Positions 29,955 to 39,221 of a stretch of DNA of 59,169 bases are shown here, in pieces. The notes under the pieces were generated by a model. That model ran no database searches, was not told the DNA's origin, and worked only from the letters and a program-made list of their open reading frames with translations. A program made the position numbers and the translations under genes. The stretch's first letter is position 1, and the number at the start of each line of letters is the position of its first letter. This DNA comes from a virus (taxonomy: Duplodnaviria; Caudoviricetes): the IMG/VR virus record IMGVR_UViG_3300024328_000748, positions 1 to 59,169 of that record; one strand, given 5' to 3'.

Positions 29955-30653
29955 ATGAATTTAGATGGACTTAAACTAATACTGTTGAACGGTATTAGTA
30001 TTAATACAAGTGGCTCTACAGGCGACCCAAAAAAGATATTGCAAACACCTGAAAAGATGAGATTTGCAGATGAGATTGCAATCGACAGTCAACAGATAAC
30101 AAAAGACAGTAAAATATACACAGTTTGTAAACTACAACATGCAGGTGGACTATTGGCACAAACTTTACCAGCTTTACGCATTGGTGCAGAAGTAGTAGTA
30201 GAAGATTTTAGTGCATATAGATGGGTTAAAGAAATATACAAGTACACACATTCCCATCTTACACCAAATCATGCAAAAGCAATAATGAAAACTAAAGGCT
30301 GGCGTAAAGCAGACCTAACGGGAATATGGATAACATGTGGAAGCGATCCAGTTCCTTGGGATACTATTAGTGCGTTTGTAGAAAAAGGTGCAACAGTTAT
30401 GGCAAATTGGGGCATGACAGAAGTTGGACCATGCGCTATTAACACAGTATTTGAAACATTAGATAAAGTTGAAGAATACAAACATGAACTAACCATCTTA
30501 GGCGATAGATTCTATTGTGACACTACAATAGGACCAGATGGGCAATTATACATTAAAGGTGATATAAGCGTTTATGGAGATAATTGGTTCGCTACAAAAG
30601 ATGTAGTGAAAGAAGAGAATAACAGGTATTATTACGTTAAAAGGGCACCTTAG
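29955..30653 (+). CDS. Truncated AMP-binding (ANL) enzyme core
   Basis: TSGSTGDPK, HAGGL, WGMTE, ATKD; lacks the N-terminal region and the C-terminal subdomain. Confidence 0.75.
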   Translation: MNLDGLKLILLNGISINTSGSTGDPKKILQTPEKMRFADEIAIDSQQITKDSKIYTVCKLQHAGGLLAQTLPALRIGAEVVVEDFSAYRWVKEIYKYTHSHLTPNHAKAIMKTKGWRKADLTGIWITCGSDPVPWDTISAFVEKGATVMANWGMTEVGPCAINTVFETLDKVEEYKHELTILGDRFYCDTTIGPDGQLYIKGDISVYGDNWFATKDVVKEENNRYYYVKRAP

Positions 30654-30707
30654 ACGCTCAAATACCGTCACACACGCACGAACTATACATAGGAAACAAA
30701 TTATAAC

Positions 30708-31493
30708 ATGGCAATATTAGAATTAGAAGTGCTGAAAGTTCAGCATTACACAGACGACTTATTTCATTTCACAGTAGCGAGAGATCCAGGACTAAGATTT
30801 AGAGATGGTGAATTTGTAATGATTGGACTAAACAACTGGTCTGAAAAACTACAAAAGAACAAACCAATTATGCGAGCATACAGTGTAGCAAGTCCTAATC
30901 ACCAAGATACTATTGAATTTTATAGTATTAAGGTGCAAGACGGACCACTAACAAGTAGACTGCAACACGTAGTTCCAGGTGATAAAATTTTAGTTAATGA
31001 TAAAGCAGTAGGCACACTAGTTCATGCAAATATAAAACCAGGACGTAATTTATACTTACTTGCAACAGGCACAGGCGTTGCTCCTTTCCTATCATTAGCA
31101 CGTGGAGTAGACACATATGAATATTATGACAATGTTATTTTAGTATGGGGTGCAAGAACAGTAGCAGAACTTCCATTCGATGCAATGTTTAGAAATCTAA
31201 ACGAAGATGAAATATACCAACATGTAACAGAAGGCAAGTTTAAGTTTTATCCTACTGTCACAAGACAACCATATGAAAACGAAGGCCGTGTAACAACAGC
31301 AATGTATGAAGGCAAAGTGCAAGAAGCATTAGACTTACCAGCGTTAGATCCAGAACATGATAGAATTATGATATGTGGTAGCATACCAATGAATAATGAA
31401 CTAGTAGAATGGTTAGAAGTTGAAGGCTTTGAAGAAGGTAATAATAAGACACCAGGAACTTATGTAGTTGAAAGAGCATTTGTGGAACAATGA
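30708..31493 (+). CDS. fpr: Ferredoxin/flavodoxin-NADP+ reductase
   Basis: RAYSVAS, GPLTSRL, ATGTGVAPF, MICGS, C-terminal VERAFV. Confidence 0.92.
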   Translation: MAILELEVLKVQHYTDDLFHFTVARDPGLRFRDGEFVMIGLNNWSEKLQKNKPIMRAYSVASPNHQDTIEFYSIKVQDGPLTSRLQHVVPGDKILVNDKAVGTLVHANIKPGRNLYLLATGTGVAPFLSLARGVDTYEYYDNVILVWGARTVAELPFDAMFRNLNEDEIYQHVTEGKFKFYPTVTRQPYENEGRVTTAMYEGKVQEALDLPALDPEHDRIMICGSIPMNNELVEWLEVEGFEEGNNKTPGTYVVERAFVEQ

Positions 31494-32239
31494 TTTATAG
31501 TGAGTTACTTGATAAGCACAGACATACTATTGTAAATAACTTTGAACCAGCACGGTGCGAAGAAAATGTATTTACTGAACGTGACTTACATCAATTAACT
31601 TTATATCAATTTCAAAATGCTGACGATTTACGTTGGACAGACTCAAGCAGTAATATACAACCTATATTAAATGTTACACGTTTGTTTGAAGACTTTCCGT
31701 GGATGCAAGACAAATTTGAATCAATACTAAAACACGACTTCAGTGAACATCACACAGGTAATTATTACATTACTACACAGTTACATGATGCACACGTAGA
31801 CCTAATGACAGAATCAGAAACAAAATTTGATTGGGCAGAGAAGTTAATACCATATAAAAGTTGTGTAATACCATTGGGTATCACAGCAGGCGCAGAAGCC
31901 TACACAGCATTTTTTAAGCAACGACATATTGGAACAAGCATAACATTTGATCGTGTTGGACAAAGTTCACAAGACAAAAGCATGTATGAGATTGCACGTG
32001 AGTATCCAGAGTTAGAAACACTAGATACGCCAACATTAGAAAATACAGATTATATATTCCCACACATAGACGAGGGTAATATATGTGACTTTGATTTGGA
32101 AGCAGTTTTTCCATTTCAGCCCGGCAATGCATTAGTATTTGATGCATGCCAGTTACACGCAAGTTGTGTAACACGTAGAAGACCAAACTTTAATTCACTA
32201 AAAACAGGAATAAATATTCAGTTTTATATTAAGGTATAA
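31490..32239 (+). CDS. 2OG-Fe(II)/PhyH-like oxygenase-type protein
   Basis: HDAHVD...FDACQLHAS...K; paralog of 57020-57784. Confidence 0.55.
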   Translation: MIYSELLDKHRHTIVNNFEPARCEENVFTERDLHQLTLYQFQNADDLRWTDSSSNIQPILNVTRLFEDFPWMQDKFESILKHDFSEHHTGNYYITTQLHDAHVDLMTESETKFDWAEKLIPYKSCVIPLGITAGAEAYTAFFKQRHIGTSITFDRVGQSSQDKSMYEIAREYPELETLDTPTLENTDYIFPHIDEGNICDFDLEAVFPFQPGNALVFDACQLHASCVTRRRPNFNSLKTGINIQFYIKV

Positions 32240-32242
32240 ATA
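32235..32242 (+). promoter_or_regulatory. T4-type late promoter TATAAATA
   Basis: Perfect T4 late consensus; one of about 20 intergenic TAAATA sites in the window. Confidence 0.7.
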
Positions 32243-32247
32243 TTAAT

Positions 32248-32338
32248 ATAGGGTAAACCAAAATTGGCCCGGGTAGAGATTCATTGCTTGCATGTCAACA
32301 CTCTTAGGACGATAGCTATCGGACAGGTTTTACCCTAA
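32248..32338 (+). ncRNA. Candidate structured RNA / 5' leader
   Basis: GC-richer island; closing stem TAGGGTAAACC/GGTTTTACCCTA; internal AGAG/CTCT stem and CGATAGCTATCG palindrome. Confidence 0.5.
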
Positions 32339-32358
32339 TTAATTTACAAGGAAAAAGT

Positions 32359-33111
32359 ATGCACACATTATATTTGGTGGTAAGTAGAAGTTGTATTAAT
32401 CAAATGGAAATTCCATATTTGTTAAACAACAGCCCAGACTTACACGGAACCAGCAGCCCAGGAGAGCATTGGGCAGGATATGAACTTGATGGAGAACCTA
32501 TAGATCATGAACCTGGTCCATTGGGCAAAGTAAGAGTACATGATGATTATTGGAATCTAGATGCAGAAGATAAAGAATGGTACAACTTTGATATTCGTAA
32601 CGAAATGCATATATCAGAAGAACAATTAAATGGATTGCTTAATATAAGCAACAAATATTCTATTGCACTACTGCTACATGCACAAAATTATGAAGATATA
32701 TGGGCATGGAGTAGAACACAAAATGTTATTATAGTTAACCCGGTTATTAGTCATTGGGAAGATAATATCAATACATGGGCGGCACGTGAATATAATTACC
32801 TAATGGAAGACGATAGAAATGCCAACTACAGTGGGTACGACCATACATGGCCAGGAGTAGATCAAGTAGTAGAAGCATTTGTACAACGTATGAAATTTGA
32901 CGATGACATAGCAACATGGAATACTGATAGATTAATTACACAGCCACAATGGATGAGAACTCCAGAAATATATACATTATGGGATTCAGTAAAATTAACC
33001 CCACCATCCAACGAATGGATAGATGCATACATTAAAGATTATGCAGAACATCAGGAACACGAAACTGACCTTATTAATGAACTAAAGGAATCATATAATG
33101 CCACAAAATGA
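32359..33111 (+). CDS. Hypothetical protein
   Basis: 250 aa, Trp/Asp-rich, AAGGA SD. Confidence 0.65.
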   Translation: MHTLYLVVSRSCINQMEIPYLLNNSPDLHGTSSPGEHWAGYELDGEPIDHEPGPLGKVRVHDDYWNLDAEDKEWYNFDIRNEMHISEEQLNGLLNISNKYSIALLLHAQNYEDIWAWSRTQNVIIVNPVISHWEDNINTWAAREYNYLMEDDRNANYSGYDHTWPGVDQVVEAFVQRMKFDDDIATWNTDRLITQPQWMRTPEIYTLWDSVKLTPPSNEWIDAYIKDYAEHQEHETDLINELKESYNATK

Positions 33112-33454
33112 ATTTTTACCATTTACTAAACCAATTAAAATGTACTTGTTTAAAGCCGAGAATGCAGTACAACTAAGTTTTCGTATCTCAGATTACGCAG
33201 TAATTACCGAAAGAGTAAGCATACAAGACATGGATATTATTTGCAAAGAATGGAACAACGGCGGTGTAAACGGTATTGAAACTTGGATGGGAAAAGTGTT
33301 TTGGGAAGAACGTAAGTTTGGACCTAGGCCAAAATGTGAACCAGCAAGTTTTGTTGCTATTGCGTTCGCTAAATGGAATTTTAGAATTACGGTACATGCA
33401 ATGGAATCTCTTGTACTTGATTACGAGGCAGCAAAAGCTAAGTTAGAAGAGTAA
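33098..33454 (+). CDS. Hypothetical protein
   Basis: AAGGA SD; overlaps the upstream stop. Confidence 0.6.
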   Translation: MPQNEFLPFTKPIKMYLFKAENAVQLSFRISDYAVITERVSIQDMDIICKEWNNGGVNGIETWMGKVFWEERKFGPRPKCEPASFVAIAFAKWNFRITVHAMESLVLDYEAAKAKLEE

Positions 33455-33491
33455 AACAAGTACATAATACTGCATTATCATAAATAGCAGT

Positions 33492-33986
33492 ATGGACGCT
33501 AAAAAAAGAATGAATTGTATGAAAATAATGCTGGTTGCGGCACTTTTGTTGCTAATCGGAGCTATTTTTTCATTGGTACATTCATACGTTAAATTACAAC
33601 AATCTTACCCATTAGAAAACTTACGTGGTGCAATATTACAGCCGGTGTACGATGGTGATCCAGTTTTAGAATTCCAAGGTACATATGATAGGTTTGTAAA
33701 GTGTAATATGACAGGATTTGATGTGCATTTATATAATGAAGAAACAGCAGATATAATTACACTTACTCATAATCATTTAGCAAAACCAATCCCAATAATA
33801 CCTGAACCAGCACACGACATAAAAACACAGTTTGCATTATTCATGCCAAAAACAATGTACCCAGGCACATGGAAACCTTCATTTACAGGATTCTACATAT
33901 GCCAATTAGGAATATTTGTAGATCCTAAAGTTCAAGTAATTACTCCTGAAGCATTTATAATCAAGCCAGCAGTAGCCGAAAAATAA
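33492..33986 (+). CDS. Membrane-anchored hypothetical protein
   Basis: N-terminal TM helix; TAAATA-N5-ATG. Confidence 0.6.
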   Translation: MDAKKRMNCMKIMLVAALLLLIGAIFSLVHSYVKLQQSYPLENLRGAILQPVYDGDPVLEFQGTYDRFVKCNMTGFDVHLYNEETADIITLTHNHLAKPIPIIPEPAHDIKTQFALFMPKTMYPGTWKPSFTGFYICQLGIFVDPKVQVITPEAFIIKPAVAEK

Positions 33987-33988
33987 TA

Positions 33989-34019
33989 GGTTGACATAAC
34001 CAAGACTTCTTGTTATAAT
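33989..34019 (+). promoter_or_regulatory. Early promoter (GGTTGACA..AACCAAGAC.TCTT family)
   Basis: TTGACA-N17-TATAAT with extended TG. Confidence 0.8.
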
Positions 34020-34048
34020 ATACACTATTATGATAAATGGAGATACAA

Positions 34049-34216
34049 ATGATCTTGGGTAAAATTCAAAAGAAAAAACTATTCGAAAAGCTCTTTGCTG
34101 ATTGGCAAATGAAAATTAAAGCAATGTCGCCGACATTGAAAAACAAGTCAATTAATTTATTAGCCGAATGGGCAGCAGAGTCACAAATCCAAAATTATGA
34201 AAACACTAGAACATAA
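34049..34216 (+). CDS. Small hypothetical protein (55 aa, not in ORF track)
   Basis: GGAG SD; MILGKIQKKKLFEKLF...; directly after the early promoter. Confidence 0.55.
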   Translation: MILGKIQKKKLFEKLFADWQMKIKAMSPTLKNKSINLLAEWAAESQIQNYENTRT

Positions 34217-34424
34217 AGATACGTGTAACATTTGCGATAGTGAATATGATGAAGATGCAGGCGGTATAAAAGGATACTTTGGTATATTACCTGTTACTTT
34301 TTGTGAGTGGTGTGCAAGTAGCATACACGATATGGTTTATCAGGAGGTAAAAGAAGAAGTCATTGATCAATTCAAAGAATGGCAACGATTGAACCCAGAG
34401 CCATGTGGAATGAGCAGAAAGTAA
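34197..34424 (+). CDS. Small zinc-finger-like protein
   Basis: CNIC...CEWC. Confidence 0.55.
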   Translation: MKTLEHKDTCNICDSEYDEDAGGIKGYFGILPVTFCEWCASSIHDMVYQEVKEEVIDQFKEWQRLNPEPCGMSRK

Positions 34425-34439
34425 AGTATAAATATAATT

Positions 34440-35474
34440 ATGTTATACCCTATTATAGATAATGTTCAGTTTGACTTAAATGTTACATGCAATGCATTCT
34501 GCCCAGGATGTCATCGTTATGCATTTAAAGACGACAAAATGTATCTAAACCCATATCTAACTTTTAATACAAGTGTAGATCTTAGTGTAATTGAAAACAT
34601 AGTACAAAATCCAAGACTTGCAGATGATGTATGGCTAGACTTTGTAGGATTAGTAGGCGAACCTGTAGCTCATAAGCAGTTTTTAGAAATCACTGATATT
34701 GTATACAAATACAAACCAAATGCAGTTATTCAAATACACACAAATGGTGGACTAAGATCTACTGAGTTTTGGGAAGAGTTGGCACCAAAAATAATGAGAC
34801 AAGATGCCGCAAGCAGTGTTGTCTTTTCTATTGATGGATTAGAAGATACAAACAACACATATCGAATTGGTGTTCTATGGGAAAAAGTAATGGAAAATGC
34901 AAAAGCATACATTGACGCAGGTGGAAGAGCAACCTGGAAATGTATTGAGTTTCCATGGAATTCTCATCAAAAAGACGAAATACAACAGTTAGCAAACTCT
35001 ATGGGAATGCAAAAATTTCGATGGGAACCAAACAGAGATGCTGATTCAGAGCGTATGATAAAGTATATGAAAGCAGCAAAAGAGTTTCATAAAAAAACAA
35101 AAATAGATTCTGAAGATTTCAATATAACAAATGAAGACTCTAACTATCCGGGTACAAAAAATCTAAATGCAGAAATAGGCAATCAATACAATAGCTTTAC
35201 TGAAATAGAAGATCAATGCTTTAGTCAAAAAACAATATATGTAAATTACGATGGTAGAGTATTACCTTGTTGTCAGTTTAATGGTTCTACTACAGATCCA
35301 GCATTCAAAGAAGAAATGATTCCATTTATATATGATGGCAATGACAAAGATTGGAATAACCTATATAAAAATAGTTTAGAAGATGTATTGACTAACAGTT
35401 GGTGGACACGACTATATTCAAGTCTTACGGATACACCCTGTTCCGTTTGTGTAAGTGCATGCGAAAAAAGATAA
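34440..35474 (+). CDS. Radical SAM protein with C-terminal SPASM/twitch domain
   Basis: CNAFCPGC, GEP, HTNGG, FSIDG; C...GRVLPCC...CSVCVSAC. Confidence 0.88.
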   Translation: MLYPIIDNVQFDLNVTCNAFCPGCHRYAFKDDKMYLNPYLTFNTSVDLSVIENIVQNPRLADDVWLDFVGLVGEPVAHKQFLEITDIVYKYKPNAVIQIHTNGGLRSTEFWEELAPKIMRQDAASSVVFSIDGLEDTNNTYRIGVLWEKVMENAKAYIDAGGRATWKCIEFPWNSHQKDEIQQLANSMGMQKFRWEPNRDADSERMIKYMKAAKEFHKKTKIDSEDFNITNEDSNYPGTKNLNAEIGNQYNSFTEIEDQCFSQKTIYVNYDGRVLPCCQFNGSTTDPAFKEEMIPFIYDGNDKDWNNLYKNSLEDVLTNSWWTRLYSSLTDTPCSVCVSACEKR

Positions 35475-35491
35475 AAAAAGATGTATTTTCT

Positions 35492-35522
35492 GGTTGACAA
35501 CCAAGACGTCTTAGTGTATATT
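35492..35522 (+). promoter_or_regulatory. Early promoter (same family)
   Basis: GGTTGACAACCAAGACGTCTTAGTGTATATT. Confidence 0.8.
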
Positions 35523-35554
35523 GTATATATAAGCTAATAAAACAGGAGTTGAAA

Positions 35555-35893
35555 ATGCAAAACGAAATACAAACATTGATCCAAAAATGTAAAGCAGATT
35601 ATACAAAGTTCGCTACAGCAGGCGATCGTGGAACACCAGATCCAGATAGTTACTTTGGTAAAACACTTGCTAACTTTGAAAATAGTTTTACTATTAAAGA
35701 AGGCAAAAAGTATATTAAGATTATACGTGATAATGGTGTATGGGGCTTTATTGTTAAAGAAGATGGTCCTAAGTTTAAAAAAGGTGATATCCTTAAAGCT
35801 GCAGGCTGGAATGCACCAGCAACAAATGCCGCACGTGGTAACATTTTTGAAGACTTTAGTGTTGCGTGGACAGGTCCACATTACTTGAAATAA
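35555..35893 (+). CDS. Conserved phage early hypothetical protein
   Basis: KYIKI...VWGFIV...GDILKAAGWNAPA...RGNIF motif; AGGAG SD. Confidence 0.7.
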   Translation: MQNEIQTLIQKCKADYTKFATAGDRGTPDPDSYFGKTLANFENSFTIKEGKKYIKIIRDNGVWGFIVKEDGPKFKKGDILKAAGWNAPATNAARGNIFEDFSVAWTGPHYLK

Positions 35894-35903
35894 GGAAAAG
35901 CAA

Positions 35904-36053
35904 ATGAGTAAAATGGGAAACTGGGTACTAGAAATGCAAGATGATGCATATGACATGACTCTTGCAGAATTTATTAAAAAACATGGCGAAAGCCAAACAT
36001 CAATTTGGCACCAAGCACAAGAAGAAGGTGAAGGGGTTCTAATTGATGAATAA
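35904..36053 (+). CDS. Small acidic protein (49 aa, not in ORF track)
   Basis: TAAGGA SD; MSKMGNWVLEMQDDAY... Confidence 0.6.
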   Translation: MSKMGNWVLEMQDDAYDMTLAEFIKKHGESQTSIWHQAQEEGEGVLIDE

Positions 36054-36771
36054 AGCATATGTGTTCGATGTAGATGGAACACTAACACCAAGTCGTGGAA
36101 GAATGGATTTTAATTTTAATCAATTCTTCTACGAATTCTGTTTGCACAATCATGTATATCTGGTCACAGGAAGTGATAAAAGCAAAACAGTAGAACAAGT
36201 AGGTAACATTATATACAGTGGTGCTAAACGTGTATATAATTGCAGTGGAAACGATGCATATGAAAACTTTACTAATGTATATCGTAACGAATGGACATTA
36301 GCAGAAGCACCATGGAAATATTTAGAAAACAGATTAAATCATAGTGAGTTCCCACAAAAGTCAGGATGGCATTTTGATGAACGTCCTGGACTATTAAATT
36401 TTAGTATTGTTGGAAGAAAATGCACAGCACAACAACGAAAAGATTATGTGTTGTATGATACATATCACAAAGAACGTGAAGATATTTCAAAGGAATTTAA
36501 CACAGCATTTGGCGAAGAATACAATATCATGTCAACTGTAGCTGGTGAAACAGGAATAGATATAACACAACAAGGTTGTGGTAAAGCACAAATACTCAAA
36601 GACTTAGACTACGAAGAAATTATTTTCTTTGGTGACAAGACCATGAAGGGCGGAAACGATCATGATATTGCACAAGCATTAATAGGAATGGGCCATACTG
36701 TATTTTCAGTAAAGGAATGGCAAGACACCTATGGTATTTTAACACAAATGCATGAAACCCATACGATCTGA
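36046..36771 (+). CDS. HAD-IIB phosphomannomutase-like enzyme
   Basis: FDVDGTLT, VTGSD, LNFSIVGR, FFGDK...GGND. Confidence 0.85.
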   Translation: MNKAYVFDVDGTLTPSRGRMDFNFNQFFYEFCLHNHVYLVTGSDKSKTVEQVGNIIYSGAKRVYNCSGNDAYENFTNVYRNEWTLAEAPWKYLENRLNHSEFPQKSGWHFDERPGLLNFSIVGRKCTAQQRKDYVLYDTYHKEREDISKEFNTAFGEEYNIMSTVAGETGIDITQQGCGKAQILKDLDYEEIIFFGDKTMKGGNDHDIAQALIGMGHTVFSVKEWQDTYGILTQMHETHTI

Positions 36772-36940
36772 TAAACAATGGACATGGTTGCCCAAGCGTA
36801 TGAGCAGTGGAAAACTAGTGTTCTGCACATACTATTACTATGAAGAATTCCTAAGAACAGCAGACCCAAGACACAATTGGGTTCACAGATATGAATATTC
36901 CAAACGAGAATATTTTATAAAAAAACTTTCAGAAAAATAG
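36752..36940 (+). CDS. Small hypothetical protein
   Basis: WTWLPKRMSSGKLV motif. Confidence 0.5.
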   Translation: MKPIRSDKQWTWLPKRMSSGKLVFCTYYYYEEFLRTADPRHNWVHRYEYSKREYFIKKLSEK

Positions 36941-36948
36941 CATTTTTT

Positions 36949-36979
36949 GGTTGACAGAACCAAGACTTCTTGCTATAAT
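36949..36979 (+). promoter_or_regulatory. Early promoter (same family)
   Basis: GGTTGACAGAACCAAGACTTCTTGCTATAAT. Confidence 0.8.
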
Positions 36980-37012
36980 ATAACTATATTAACAATAAAA
37001 GGAACAGTCTAT

Positions 37013-38221
37013 ATGAAAACCATTGAAAGACTGCTTATTGATAAATTAAAAACATTGATGCCAACTGCTAGATTTGAAAGAAAAAAAGATAAAACAGGCG
37101 GCACTTTTCATGTGACTATTAAAGATATTGCTAAGACAGAAGTAGATAGTGTACTTACTGAACAAGGCTTTACTTGTAAAAATAGTGATCGGAATCATAG
37201 TAGTAGATATACAGGCGAATATATCATATTTGATAATGAAAAAGTTTATATTGTTGTTAGAACTGCAAAGGCACGCAAAGGCGGACATTATATAATTCAG
37301 AAGCAAACTGCACCAGAAAAGTTATTTTTAAAACTAAAATATACTAATGCTAATGCAATGAAAGATGATATTATAAATGGATTAGATAAAGCAAATATAC
37401 CTAATAATGTAAGTGATGCATTAATAAGTTTATTAGATGTAGCTGATGGTACTGATGTTTTATTTAGAAATAAAGAAATATTAAATACAGACAAATCATT
37501 TATTACCAGTGACTTTGGCGAAGTACTAGGCGCTTATAATCACTTAGTAAATGGTGCCAAGTGTATAGAATTTCCTAGTGCAAGTAATAACTTAAATATT
37601 GATTATGTTGTTGATGGTGTTGGGATAGCACATAAAAGTGTAAACGGTTCAAGTAGATTTACACTTGACTCTAGTGTAGCAAGTAGTTTGCTTGCATTAA
37701 CTAGAGATTGTAATCACTTAAAAGTATTACAATCAATTGTAAGTAGAGATAAGTTTGGAATTTTATCAAACGCATCAGTTAATTGTCCAGAATTAAAATA
37801 CTGGAATGATATGTTAAATGGGTTTAGTATCGAATCGTTACAGAATTACGTAGATACACATACATTTGATCAATACATAGATGATGTATATAAATCACAA
37901 ACTGGTAAATTAGGAATTTCAACTAAACAAGATCAAGTAAGAACTGCTTGGAAAAATGGTAGCATAGAACCAATGTTGTTTACTTTGCTGACATTTATGG
38001 CAAGATATTATAGTGAAAATTATGTTGATAAACTAGGTAAGATTGTTAAGTCAGTTATAGGAGATAATATATTTGAATATGTTGACTATGATACTGATAC
38101 TAACGAAATAAAGGTTGCACAAAAGCCATATCAATTGTATAATAAGTGGAAGATACATTATCACGGAAACAGTATTAATGCATTTAATAATTGGCCAGCA
38201 CCAGTGGGAATAGAGGAATAA
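37013..38221 (+). CDS. Putative PD-(D/E)XK endonuclease-like protein
   Basis: DFGEVLG...IEFP...IDYVV...IAHKS pattern; adjacent to a DNA methyltransferase. Confidence 0.4.
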   Translation: MKTIERLLIDKLKTLMPTARFERKKDKTGGTFHVTIKDIAKTEVDSVLTEQGFTCKNSDRNHSSRYTGEYIIFDNEKVYIVVRTAKARKGGHYIIQKQTAPEKLFLKLKYTNANAMKDDIINGLDKANIPNNVSDALISLLDVADGTDVLFRNKEILNTDKSFITSDFGEVLGAYNHLVNGAKCIEFPSASNNLNIDYVVDGVGIAHKSVNGSSRFTLDSSVASSLLALTRDCNHLKVLQSIVSRDKFGILSNASVNCPELKYWNDMLNGFSIESLQNYVDTHTFDQYIDDVYKSQTGKLGISTKQDQVRTAWKNGSIEPMLFTLLTFMARYYSENYVDKLGKIVKSVIGDNIFEYVDYDTDTNEIKVAQKPYQLYNKWKIHYHGNSINAFNNWPAPVGIEE

Positions 38222-38224
38222 AAT

Positions 38225-39154
38225 ATGATATTAAACGGAAATATGCTAGAAAAAATTAAAGAAGTAGATGATAATATAGTAGATATGTTATTAACAGATC
38301 CTCCGTATAACATCAGTGAAAAAGGTGCTAAACCAGAATGGTTTAAAACTGATGAAAATACAGGTGAACGTGTAAATGTCAATAACATACATAGTCAAAA
38401 GTTTGATGAAACATTTGATGATAATTGGGATAGTGTTGACAATATAGACTTTAAGGATCAAATGAATGAATGGGCTAAGGCATGGTTTCCAAAACTTCGT
38501 AAAGGTGCTACTTTTTGTATTTTTATTAGTGATGTATATATCAGTCATTTATGGGAAAGTTTAGAAAATGCTGGGTTTGAACCAAAGCGTGTATTTACTT
38601 GGAAGAAGCCAGCTGCAGTTCCATTTAACCGTAAAGTGAATCCTGTAAGTGGTTGCGAGTATATTATATTTGGAATTAAACCGGGTGGCAAAAGAACATT
38701 TAATTCTGATGCAGTTGAAGGAACTATTGTAGAAAGATATGCAATGGCTGATAAAGCCAGTAGTATTTTATATAAACTAATTAAAGATGATATTTTTGGT
38801 AATTTAGATGAATGTTTTGAAACTGCTCTTAAAGAAGCAAAAGCAGTTAAAAACAAACTAAAGAAAACAGGAGATATAGTACATTGTGTTGTTCCTAATA
38901 CAATTACATATAGTGGTGGGCTAGGAAAAAATAAAATACACCCCACACAAAAGCCACAAGAAATATTAGAATACTTTATTAGTTTATGTAGCAATAAAGG
39001 TGATATGATTATGGATACATTTGCAGGCTCTGGCAGTACTGGAAAAGCAGCAGAAAAATTAGATAGAAATTACATACTAATAGAACGTGATAAAAAGATG
39101 TTTGACAAAATGAATGATAGATTTGATCAACAATTTGACTTATTATTTGAATAA
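38225..39154 (+). CDS. DNA N6-adenine/N4-cytosine methyltransferase (beta class)
   Basis: TDPPY precedes HPTQKP and DTFAGSGST. Confidence 0.9.
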   Translation: MILNGNMLEKIKEVDDNIVDMLLTDPPYNISEKGAKPEWFKTDENTGERVNVNNIHSQKFDETFDDNWDSVDNIDFKDQMNEWAKAWFPKLRKGATFCIFISDVYISHLWESLENAGFEPKRVFTWKKPAAVPFNRKVNPVSGCEYIIFGIKPGGKRTFNSDAVEGTIVERYAMADKASSILYKLIKDDIFGNLDECFETALKEAKAVKNKLKKTGDIVHCVVPNTITYSGGLGKNKIHPTQKPQEILEYFISLCSNKGDMIMDTFAGSGSTGKAAEKLDRNYILIERDKKMFDKMNDRFDQQFDLLFE

Positions 39155-39183
39155 CATTATTAAATAGAATCAAACTATTTTAC

Positions 39184-39210
39184 AAACCCTTGTTTTGCAA
39201 GGGTTTTTTC
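39184..39210 (+). terminator. Rho-independent terminator
   Basis: AAACCCTTG-TTTTG-CAAGGGTTT followed by T-run. Confidence 0.85.
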
Positions 39211-39221
39211 TTTACGAATTC

